From contig OY776328.1 in the NCBI GenBank assembly GCA_963675515.1, forward strand, positions 2,580,001 through 2,612,000: DNA of 32,000 nucleotides, read 5' to 3'. Position numbers and translations under genes: made by a program. Positions 8,701 through 15,740 of this stretch are shown in pieces. The stretch comes from Coprobacillaceae bacterium (GTDB lineage: Bacteria > Bacillota_I > Bacilli_A > Erysipelotrichales > Coprobacillaceae). Under the pieces are notes generated by a model. It ran no database searches, was not told the DNA's origin, and was given only the letters and a program-made list of their open reading frames with translations. How positions within the stretch are numbered: position 1 is the first letter of the stretch; each line of letters starts with the position of its first letter.

Positions 8701-9710
8701 CCATGGCAAATCTGGCTGGACTCATACCAACGGTCCACCTTGATGATTTCTCTACCATACCATTCAGCCTTGTAGATGAGCTTGTCCACAAATGCCGACC
8801 AGGATACATCGGATATGCTTTTAGCCAGTCTATGATTACGCAACATCCCTTTTGTGTTTAGGTTTTCGACACAGATAACATCGTGGTTTTTGATGATCTG
8901 GGTTGTCAACTTGTTCAAAAAGTCATTGCGTTGGTTCATTACTTTTTCATGAAGCCCTGCCACTTTGCGTCTTTGTTTCTGGTAGTTCTTTGCTCCAAGA
9001 AGATTGATTCCTTTGCTTTTGGCAAGGAGCGCCCGTCTTGACAGCTTTTTCTGTTCGCGGATAAGTTTCTTTTCCATTTGGTTGGTAAACTTATGATTAG
9101 CGACTTTTCTACCATTTGAAAATATCGCAAAGTCACGGATGCCAAGATCAATACCTACTGTCGAATTCGTTTTGGGCAATTGCTCGATCTTTTCTTCAAC
9201 AACAACGGCAATGAAGTATTTGTCACTGGGATTTTTCCGGATAGTCGCTTTAATGATCCTGCCTTTTATCTCCCGGCTCTTGGCGAATCTTACCAGACCT
9301 AACTTAGGCAGCTTGATCGACTTGCCAATTACGGCAATACTGTTGTTAACATTCTTGGTGGTGTAGCTTTGAACCGGATTCTTCTTGCTCTTGTATCGCG
9401 GGTGGCTGTTTTGCTTAGTGAAGAACCTTGCGAATGAATCGGAGAGATTCTTCACCGATGATTGAAGGGCAATGCTGTCTACTTCTTTTAGCCACTGTGT
9501 ATTTTCATCCCGTTTCATCTGAGGAAGCATGGCGGAGCAGGAATTGTAAGACAGACCCTTTCCAGTACCAGCATACTCCTCATTCCACAAATTCAAAAAG
9601 TGATTGTAGACAAATCGGGCACATCCGATCGTTTTACAGATCAGTATCTCCTGTTCACTATTAGGGTAGATCCTGAACTTGTATGCCTTATGGTGCAACA
9701 TCATCATCAC
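8562..9710 (-). CDS. tnpB: TnpB (IS200/IS605 OrfB) RuvC-like RNA-guided endonuclease
   Basis: N-terminus YKFRIYPN. RuvC contexts GIDLGIRDF, VCVENLN and NDRDINASKNI. Zn ribbon CHGCGH...CPNCG. Full length with no frameshifts. Confidence 0.92.
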   Translation of the reverse strand: MMMMLHHKAYKFRIYPNSEQEILICKTIGCARFVYNHFLNLWNEEYAGTGKGLSYNSCSAMLPQMKRDENTQWLKEVDSIALQSSVKNLSDSFARFFTKQNSHPRYKSKKNPVQSYTTKNVNNSIAVIGKSIKLPKLGLVRFAKSREIKGRIIKATIRKNPSDKYFIAVVVEEKIEQLPKTNSTVGIDLGIRDFAIFSNGRKVANHKFTNQMEKKLIREQKKLSRRALLAKSKGINLLGAKNYQKQRRKVAGLHEKVMNQRNDFLNKLTTQIIKNHDVICVENLNTKGMLRNHRLAKSISDVSWSAFVDKLIYKAEWYGREIIKVDRWYESSQICHGCGHKDGKKPLHIREWACPNCGSTNDRDINASKNILKEGLRIIAQS

Positions 9711-10116
9711 CGGATTTCTTTTTCTGACTTTTTATATAATCTCTTATTTGCTGTTGAGTATTATCGCTAACAGTAGCAACAAAGTAACTAGGATTCCACA
9801 AATGACCTTTCCATAGACGACTTTTAAGCTCAGGATGTTGCTTAAACAAGAATCTTGCAGATAACCCTTTGAATGCTTTTACCATACTGGGAATATGGTG
9901 TTGGGGCTTGCAATCGATAAGCAAGTGGATATGGTCCTTATCCGATTCCATTTCAATGATATTTATGTCATTATCAGCTGCAATCTTAGCCAACAATTTC
10001 TTAACATCATCGTCAACTTGACCAGTCAAAATATCGTGACGGTATTTCACACACCAGACCAGATGGTATTGAATTGAATAGACATAACCACGTCCGTAAT
10101 TAATATCAGACATCAT
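9688..10116 (-). CDS. tnpA: TnpA Y1 (HUH) transposase, IS200/IS605 family
   Basis: YHLVWCVKYR, HUH motif DHIHLLI and catalytic Tyr context NPSYFVATV. Overlaps the tnpB start by 23 nt. Confidence 0.92.
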   Translation of the reverse strand: MMSDINYGRGYVYSIQYHLVWCVKYRHDILTGQVDDDVKKLLAKIAADNDINIIEMESDKDHIHLLIDCKPQHHIPSMVKAFKGLSARFLFKQHPELKSRLWKGHLWNPSYFVATVSDNTQQQIRDYIKSQKKKSGDDDVAP

Positions 10117-10249
10117 TTATCACCTCACATACATTGTAACATATGGTTGCTGAAAATTACAGCTTTAAAGCACTTTTAGTCCATAATTTTTAACAATATA
10201 TGTAGGCCATAGAACACAGTTGAAAAGAGTCACAAGAAAGTCGATTCAT

Positions 10250-10269
10250 CTCCATGCTAAAGTCACGAG
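10250..10269 (-). repeat. IS200/IS605 left-end (LE) subterminal hairpin
   Basis: CTCGTGACTTTAGCATGGAG is similar to the RE hairpin and lies about 15-20 nt downstream of the T-box terminator U-tract. Confidence 0.65.
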
Positions 10270-10285
10270 TGTTCTCGACCAGATA

Positions 10286-10490
10286 ATAAAAAGGCCTCCG
10301 TCAAAGGACGAAGACCGTGGTACCACCTTTATTCGCGGCTTAAAGCCGCCTCAAGACCTTAACGCAGTCAACGGCCAGGCTTTTACTGGCAGCTAATAGG
10401 GAGTACCAAACAAGAGCCGCCAAGATTTTCACCAACCATCTTTTCGCTGTTCCGACCTGCTTGTTCAACGTGTCCTATATTATCGCTTGT
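10286..10490 (-). promoter_or_regulatory. T-box riboswitch leader (tRNA-Thr sensing, belongs to thrS)
   Basis: Minus-strand elements: AGCGA (AG bulge), distal loop GGUGAAA, stem III GCGGC-UUUAA-GCCGC and T-box motif AAAGGUGGUACCACGG (10315-10330). Terminator GGUCUUCGUC-CUUU-GACGGAGGCC + UUUUUAUUAU lies at 10286-10316. The specifier loop GGUACUCC contains ACU (Thr). Confidence 0.85.
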
Positions 10491-10496
10491 AATTAA

Positions 10497-10524
10497 ATCA
10501 TATACTTTTATTGGTTTTTGTCAA
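10497..10524 (-). promoter_or_regulatory. Sigma-A type promoter driving the T-box leader
   Basis: TTGACA (10519-10524), 16-nt spacer, TATGAT (10497-10502) on the minus strand. Confidence 0.65.
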
Positions 10525-10553
10525 TAGTTTTGCTTCGATTGCCCTGGCATCGC

Positions 10554-11282
10554 CTAGAATTTCTTTCCGCTGGCCAGTTTTTTAAGATCCTTGACTTCCT
10601 GAGGCTTGAGCATCCGGTATGTTCCCGGTGTCATGTATTTCAAATCGACGCAACCGACTTTCAGGCGGTGGAGCCGTTTGACCGGATGACCGACGCTTTC
10701 GAACATCTTCTTGACCTGACGGTTCTTGCCTTCATAAAGCTTGATCTGGAGCATGGTTGTCTTATGCTCGATATCCTTGCCGATGATCTTGATCTTGCAT
10801 GGCAGGGTTTTGACCCCTTCAAGATAGACCCCTTTTTCAAGCTTGCGGATCGTTTCGCCTTTTAGAAGGCCTTTGATCGATACTTCATAGATCTTTTCAA
10901 GATGGGAACGCGGGTGGGTGATCATATTCGTGAAATCCCCGTCGTTGCTCATAAGCAACACTCCGGTCGTATCGAAGTCCAGCCGGCCGACCGGATAGAT
11001 CCGTTCAGGAACATCAGTGAAATAATCGGTAACCAAAGGACGGCCATGTTCATCCTTCAATGAACAGATTGTACCTTTTGGTTTGTAAAAAACATAATAA
11101 ACTTTGTTTTCGCCTTTAAGTGGTTTTCCATCAACTAAAACAATATCTCCCGATTTTACTTTAGTTCCTAGTGTAGTGACAGTTTCTCCATTTACACTGA
11201 CGCGTCCTTCGACAATCAAGTCTTCGGCTTTGCGTCGCGATGTATAGCCACTTTTTGCGATATATTTTTGTAATCTTTCCAA
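10554..11282 (-). CDS. rluB: RsuA/RluB-family pseudouridine synthase with N-terminal S4 domain
   Basis: S4 domain LQKYIAKSGYTSRRKAEDLIVEGRVSVNG and catalytic motif GRLDFDTTGVLL. TTG start with an AGAGG SD. Confidence 0.8.
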   Translation of the reverse strand: MERLQKYIAKSGYTSRRKAEDLIVEGRVSVNGETVTTLGTKVKSGDIVLVDGKPLKGENKVYYVFYKPKGTICSLKDEHGRPLVTDYFTDVPERIYPVGRLDFDTTGVLLMSNDGDFTNMITHPRSHLEKIYEVSIKGLLKGETIRKLEKGVYLEGVKTLPCKIKIIGKDIEHKTTMLQIKLYEGKNRQVKKMFESVGHPVKRLHRLKVGCVDLKYMTPGTYRMLKPQEVKDLKKLASGKKF

Positions 11283-11513
11283 GTCACTACCTCTTTCTAT
11301 TAGATACGAATCAATAATAACCTAAACTTTCGCAATAAACAATACTAATTTAATTTATAGCGCGATACAATTTCTTGTATTCATACACCATCTTATCTAT
11401 ATCTTAACATTTTTTGTTAAATACGCAAATTATATTGGCATTATCTTCACTATTTCTTCATTATGTTTTTCTACCGGGCACATTTTCGGGCACTATATCC
11501 CCTATATAATATA

Positions 11514-11566
11514 AAGAGCTACACGGCCATTTGATCCATTTCTAACCAAATAGCCGTATAGCTCTT
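11514..11566 (-). terminator. Long imperfect hairpin, possible terminator of the minus-strand orphan operon
   Basis: AAGAGCTACACGGC (11514-11527) pairs with GCCGTATAGCTCTT (11553-11566) in 13 of 14 positions, plus a 5-bp inner extension. On the minus strand it is followed by TATATTATAT. It lies about 240 nt past the 165-aa gene stop, so the assignment is uncertain. Confidence 0.3.
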
Positions 11567-11804
11567 AAAGTGATAATTTACAGCAACAAAATGCTTAAGA
11601 ATAGGATAAAGGTATCAATTAATTCGCAAATAGTATTACTAAACTGAATTAATAAACTCTTCAATATTCAAGATTAGACACTTAAACCATTTATGTAAGA
11701 CATACCTTTAACCTTAAATTAATGTTTGTTTCACAATTATCATCGTGGGAAAAAGTTTTCTAGGTATTTCTGTCTGTTTTAGGTAAATATTGATTTCTAA
11801 TGTT

Positions 11805-12302
11805 CTAAGACCATTCTCCTAATTTGGCTATTACTCTCGCATAGATTTCAGACTCATTATTGTCCTGATCAGTAATTTTTACAGGATAAGATGTTAAAGT
11901 TGAATAGTCAAAATTAGGTTGTTCACTAAAGACAAAAAAATCATAGTAATCACCCGGATTTAGTTCAATGTAACTAGATAATATTTCCTCAGTATAAATT
12001 GAATTGTTTTCAAAATCAATCAATCTAGAATCTTCTATGTTTTCTAAGTTAATATAGAAATTATAATCCCCGTTATTAACTTCTAAGTCATCACTAGAAA
12101 CTACTAGCATGCAAATATATACATTTTCATCACTGAATTCAATGTTCAATTCATTGTCACCATATTTATATATGTACATTGAAGCACTCATACTGGAAGA
12201 ATAATCTGTAATAGCAGCTTCCTTGTCTTGAGTTAAAAAATATATACAAATAATTAATAGAGCAAAAACCACAATTATTGCAGCTTTTTTTGTTTTCTTC
12301 AA
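11805..12302 (-). CDS. Orphan membrane-anchored, highly acidic Asp/Asn/Tyr-rich protein (165 aa)
   Basis: TTG start 9 nt after an AGGAGG SD. N-terminus MKKTKK + TM helix AAIIVVFALLIICIYFL. No family recognised. Confidence 0.6.
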   Translation of the reverse strand: MKKTKKAAIIVVFALLIICIYFLTQDKEAAITDYSSSMSASMYIYKYGDNELNIEFSDENVYICMLVVSSDDLEVNNGDYNFYINLENIEDSRLIDFENNSIYTEEILSSYIELNPGDYYDFFVFSEQPNFDYSTLTSYPVKITDQDNNESEIYARVIAKLGEWS

Positions 12303-12338
12303 TATATTTTGCCTCCTAATGATACATTATTACTTTAA

Positions 12339-12476
12339 TCACTGATAGTATACATAAATATATGTTTCATCTTCATCCGGGACATCAATTGTACCAGTGT
12401 AAGTATTTTGAAGTGTATAGTACCCAATTGCTGTATCATAGTAAGTACTAGTGATTGTAACAGATATATTATAATG
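12339..12476 (-). pseudogene. 3' fragment of the secreted beta-hairpin protein gene split by ISL3
   Basis: It continues the frame of 15068-15477 across the 8-bp TSD: ...HYNISVTITSTYYDTAIGYYTLQNTYTGTIDVPDEDETYIYVYYQ*. The stop TGA is at 12339-12341. Confidence 0.75.
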
Positions 12477-12508
12477 GGCTCTTCGCTGTTTGGTGTGGGT
12501 AACTGCCA

Positions 12509-13747
12509 TTAAGCCTTTGCGACAACCGCTTCAAGATTGAGCTTGCCACACACCAAATATATCAGTGTTTTGAAGTATTCGTCATTCCGAAATCCTCTTG
12601 CCCTGGTCTTGACGTTTTGGATAATACTGTTCATTCCTTCTAGAATTGCATTGGTGTACCTGAACCGGAAATAGTTGAGAATCTCCTCCCAGTGATTACG
12701 GATTAACTTCGCGAATTTCTTCATTGGTTCGAGTCTGGAATGCATCATCCATGAGCACAGTTTTTTGAGTCCTCTGGTTGCCTCTTCAACGGTGTCGCTG
12801 GATTCATAAACATCTTGTAGTGCGAGTCGCATATTATAGGCTCGGGCTGTCTTAAGGTTTAACTTGGCTAAATCAAATTTCTTCTGCTTTTGATTCTCGG
12901 TCAAGTTACTCTCATTCTTTAACCAGATGTACTTGGTTTTCTTTAATAAGAAATTGGTGCGCACTTCATCTTTACGGACTTTGTCTACTGCCTCGTTGGC
13001 GTGTTTTACTACATGAAATTTATCGATAACAGTATTGCTGTTTTTGAAATTTTCTTTGATACCTTTTTTGAAACCTAACGACATGTCGCAAGTAATGATG
13101 TTGATAAGATCAGGATCACCGCCATGCTCCTTGAAGTCCACTACGAAATTATCCACTGTTTTTGAGTCTTTTCCTGGTGTTACGTTGATTACCTTGCGCT
13201 TGGCAAGATCAACGGCAACGGTGATGTAGTTGTGGCCCTTCTTGCTTGTTTCGTCGATACCTATGGCTGTAACATCTGAATAATCTTCTAGTTTACGAGA
13301 CTCATTGACGTAATGCTTGATGAAGCGCCAAAGCCGTGTGTCATGTTCATCGATCATTTGAGCAATGCGAGAAACCGGAAGATGCTTAGCCAACTCTACT
13401 ACCCAACCTTCAAAAAGCAGGGTAAAACCTGATCCCGGTCTTGCCCATGGCACTTTAACAGTTTGGGGACCATGATTATCGCAATTTACACGTGGCAAAT
13501 CAGCATGGATGAATGTCTTGTACTGGAAGAAATTAAGATGTCTCCAGGTCCTTTTGGTTGTATCGTATGCAGTTCCACTTTCTTTACAACCATCAACCGG
13601 GCAAGGGAATTTACCACCCTTGGTAAAACTGATATTTATATGCAATTCCATGCCCTTGTCGGTATCCAGAAAATTGACATCGGAAACAGTCCAAGGTTCA
13701 CCTAAGTTAAGAGCTTTTGTAAATAAGTCCAAAGTATCCATAATCAT
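12509..13747 (-). CDS. ISL3-family transposase (412 aa)
   Basis: The N-terminal Zn-finger-like region (PCPVDGCKESGTAYDTTKRTWRHLNFFQYKTFIHADLPRVNC) and overall layout are typical of ISL3 transposases. The ORF is intact. Confidence 0.9.
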   Translation of the reverse strand: MIMDTLDLFTKALNLGEPWTVSDVNFLDTDKGMELHINISFTKGGKFPCPVDGCKESGTAYDTTKRTWRHLNFFQYKTFIHADLPRVNCDNHGPQTVKVPWARPGSGFTLLFEGWVVELAKHLPVSRIAQMIDEHDTRLWRFIKHYVNESRKLEDYSDVTAIGIDETSKKGHNYITVAVDLAKRKVINVTPGKDSKTVDNFVVDFKEHGGDPDLINIITCDMSLGFKKGIKENFKNSNTVIDKFHVVKHANEAVDKVRKDEVRTNFLLKKTKYIWLKNESNLTENQKQKKFDLAKLNLKTARAYNMRLALQDVYESSDTVEEATRGLKKLCSWMMHSRLEPMKKFAKLIRNHWEEILNYFRFRYTNAILEGMNSIIQNVKTRARGFRNDEYFKTLIYLVCGKLNLEAVVAKA

Positions 13748-13894
13748 TACCTCGTTATCGTTAGTAGTTTATGGATACAATTTTAGGTCATTTTAACTAG
13801 AAGCACAAGAGGCTATACTGGATAGGTTACAATAAATTAGACAAGATTATAAGGACATGATAAAATCTTGTTAAATTTGTGGAGGATATTCAAA

Positions 13895-14188
13895 ATGACA
13901 AAACGCAGACCTAAACGTACTTACACCGATGAATTCAGAATCAAAATGGTTCAACTTTACAACAATGGGAAACCCAGAGCGGAAATAATCCGTGAATACG
14001 ATTTGACAGCTTCAGCGTTCAATAAATGGGTTAAACGCTTCAATGACACGGGTTCGTTTACTGAAGCCGACAATCGATCAGATCATGACAAGGCGCTTAT
14101 CAAGCTCCAAAAAGAAAACGAACGACTGAAGATGGAAAATGATATTTTAAAGCAAGCGGCGCTGATAATGGGACGAAAAGACAAGTAA
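13895..14188 (+). CDS. IS3-family transposase OrfA (HTH, leucine-zipper end)
   Basis: GGAGG SD lies 9 nt upstream. The sequence reads MTKRRPKRTYTDEFRIKMVQLY...LKKENERLKMENDILKQAA. Confidence 0.9.
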   Translation: MTKRRPKRTYTDEFRIKMVQLYNNGKPRAEIIREYDLTASAFNKWVKRFNDTGSFTEADNRSDHDKALIKLQKENERLKMENDILKQAALIMGRKDK

Positions 14189-14223
14189 TCTTTGCCAATA
14201 AACACAAATACTCTATCAGCGCT

Positions 14224-15003
14224 ATGTGCAAAGTCTTGAAAATCTCTCGGGCAACTCTCTACTACAAACCCAAAGGGCGTAAAGTGGATTCGAAGCTTGA
14301 AGATGAAGTAATAAAATCATTCAAAAACAGCAAGAAGAATTATGGAACACGCAAGATAAAAGATGACTTGGATGATTTAAACATGGTTGCCAGCAGAAGA
14401 AAAATTGCTCAAATCATGGACAAATACGGCTTGATTAGTAAATACACCATCAAGCAACGACCAAAGCATTATGGCAAAGTAAATAATGACGATATTGAAA
14501 ATATGATCAATAGAAAATTCCAAGCAGAGCGGCCAATGCAATATTTAACCAGCGACTTGACCTACATCAAGGTGGCTGGAAAATGGAACTATATTTGTCT
14601 GATAATTGATTTGTACAATCGTGAAATCGTTGGTAAATCTAGTGGTCAAAACAAAGACGCCAACTTGGTTATTAAGGCATTAAACGATATAAAAAGTGAT
14701 CTCAGTGATGTCGAGATATTTCATTCAGACCGAGGATCGGAGTTCAAAAACGAGATGATTGATGGGATATTGGCATTGCATGGAATCAAGAGATCGTTGA
14801 GTGCCAAAGGAAAACCGATTGATAACGCGGTATCAGAATCAATGTATAAAATACTCAAAACAGAATTCGCATTCAATCGACAATTCCGCAGTATCGACGA
14901 ATTGTCATTGGAACTGTATGATTATGTCAACTGGTTCAACAACAAAAGGAAGCATGGGAGCCTTAATTACAAAACACCCGTACAATACAGGCTGTCCTTA
15001 TAA
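14224..15003 (+). CDS. IS3-family transposase OrfB (DDE/RNaseH catalytic domain), probably made as an OrfAB fusion by -1 frameshift
   Basis: OrfB is in the -1 frame relative to OrfA. That frame is open back through an A AAA G slippery motif at 14176-14180, reading KRQVIFANKHKYSISAMCKVL. DDE contexts are LTSDLTYI, HSDRGSEF and NAVSESMYKILKTE. Confidence 0.9.
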   Translation: MCKVLKISRATLYYKPKGRKVDSKLEDEVIKSFKNSKKNYGTRKIKDDLDDLNMVASRRKIAQIMDKYGLISKYTIKQRPKHYGKVNNDDIENMINRKFQAERPMQYLTSDLTYIKVAGKWNYICLIIDLYNREIVGKSSGQNKDANLVIKALNDIKSDLSDVEIFHSDRGSEFKNEMIDGILALHGIKRSLSAKGKPIDNAVSESMYKILKTEFAFNRQFRSIDELSLELYDYVNWFNNKRKHGSLNYKTPVQYRLSL

Positions 15004-15067
15004 AAATTGTCTAAAAAAGTGTTGACTATCCATACTCCTGCTTACCCATAGTAAACAGCGAAAGGCC

Positions 15068-15477
15068 TTATAATGTCTTACCAAAGCCTTAAATCGTAAC
15101 TTAGAATTTCTAGATGAATCCGCTGGAATTTCAGTTCCAATTTCAGATGAAGTGGATACACTAGTACCATAAGTAATACCAAAAGAAGCACTTAAATCTG
15201 GCTTCATTATGGTTGAAACTGTAGCAGACAGAGTGGTAGACGATTCAACAGTAACGGATGTAGTCACAGTATACTGTGATGCTTTTACCCAATTTTCCGT
15301 TAGCCATTCATATTCCCAATAAGAATATGATAGATTACAATAATTTACATCTGCACTTGTCGATATCAATCCCCCTGACATTGGTTGAACTTGCATGGCA
15401 TTTACTTCAGCAATGTTTGAAAGCGAAATAAACATTACTAAACCAGCAACTTACAATTTTTAAAATAGTTTCTTCAT
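15068..15477 (-). pseudogene. 5' fragment of the secreted amphipathic beta-hairpin protein gene, with two in-frame TAA codons in the signal peptide
   Basis: The ATG at 15477 sits 7 nt after a G8 SD. The signal peptide reads MKKLF*KL*VAGLVMFISLSNIAEVNA, followed by a Ser/Thr-rich mature region. The gene is truncated by ISL3 at the TSD. Confidence 0.75.
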
Positions 15478-15484
15478 TTTAATT

Positions 15485-15492
15485 CCCCCCCC
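15485..15492 (-). repeat. G8 homopolymer serving as the Shine-Dalgarno of the secreted-protein gene
   Basis: A run of 8 C on the plus strand lies in an otherwise AT-rich island, 7 nt upstream of the ATG at 15477. Confidence 0.8.
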
Positions 15493-15575
15493 TTTTATTT
15501 TTTAGCAAATAACATTTTTGTACAATTTACCTCACCAAGACGATTAAGCTCCAGAAAATCGCTCCCACATGTTAT

Positions 15576-15604
15576 ATTATACACATTTAACTTAATTTTC
15601 ACAA
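15576..15604 (-). promoter_or_regulatory. Strong sigma-A type promoter of the secreted-protein operon
   Basis: TTGTGA (15599-15604), 17-nt spacer, TATAAT (15576-15581) on the minus strand. This gives a 5' UTR of about 90 nt. Confidence 0.6.
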
Positions 15605-15650
15605 GTGTTTAAGTTTTTTTAGGCTTATTTCAAACACCCCGCCACTAGCA

Positions 15651-15712
15651 TCAGTCAGTGAAATTATAAAGATAAATCAAGGACGATGGGAGATTGAAGA
15701 ATCCTTTAGAAT
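15651..15712 (+). pseudogene. IS4/IS1634-like transposase gene remnant, part 1 (5'-truncated)
   Basis: Reads ...EIIKINQGRWEIEESFRI up to the TSD of the inserted element. There is no upstream transposase sequence, and the left limit is approximate. Confidence 0.65.
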
Positions 15713-15740
15713 CCTAAAAGTTAGATAACCTGTACTCAAA

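Larger units (their letters stand above)
8430..10285 (-). mobile_element. IS200/IS605-family insertion sequence (tnpA + tnpB co-oriented and overlapping, IS608-like layout)
   Basis: Related subterminal imperfect hairpins sit in the same orientation at both ends. LE is CTCGTGACTTTAGCATGGAG (10250-10269) and RE is CCCGTGACTTAAGTCATGGG (8438-8457). No inverted terminal repeats, as expected for this family. Boundaries are +/- about 15 nt. Confidence 0.85.
13819..15032 (+). mobile_element. IS3-family IS nested inside the ISL3 element
   Basis: Imperfect IRs of about 40 bp start TGGATAG...TTAGACAA...TATAAGGACA at both ends (TG...CA termini). 3-bp TSD TAC lies at 13816-13818 and 15033-15035. Confidence 0.9.
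12477..15067 (-). mobile_element. ISL3-family IS (about 1.37 kb of its own sequence) carrying a nested IS3 element
   Basis: IRs are GGCTCTTCGCTGTTTGGTGTGGGTAA (12477-) and the reverse complement of 15036-15067, GGCCTTTCGCTGTTTACTATGGGTAA. Perfect 8-bp direct repeats TTATAATG lie at 12469-12476 and 15068-15075. Confidence 0.9.

Noticed and set aside
10360-10372. Reading the T-box specifier as UAC (Tyr) instead of ACU (Thr) within GGUACUCC
   Set aside because: The downstream gene is thrS, and ACU sits in the same register as the codon in the glyQS-type GAA-NNN-A loop. However, the base after the codon is C, not the usual purine, so the register remains unverified without a proper fold.
13748-13813. 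AGCACAAGAGGC near 13802-13813 as the ISL3 right inverted repeat
   Set aside because: It matches the left IR poorly. A much better IR (15036-15067) with a perfect 8-bp TSD appears once the nested IS3 element is removed.
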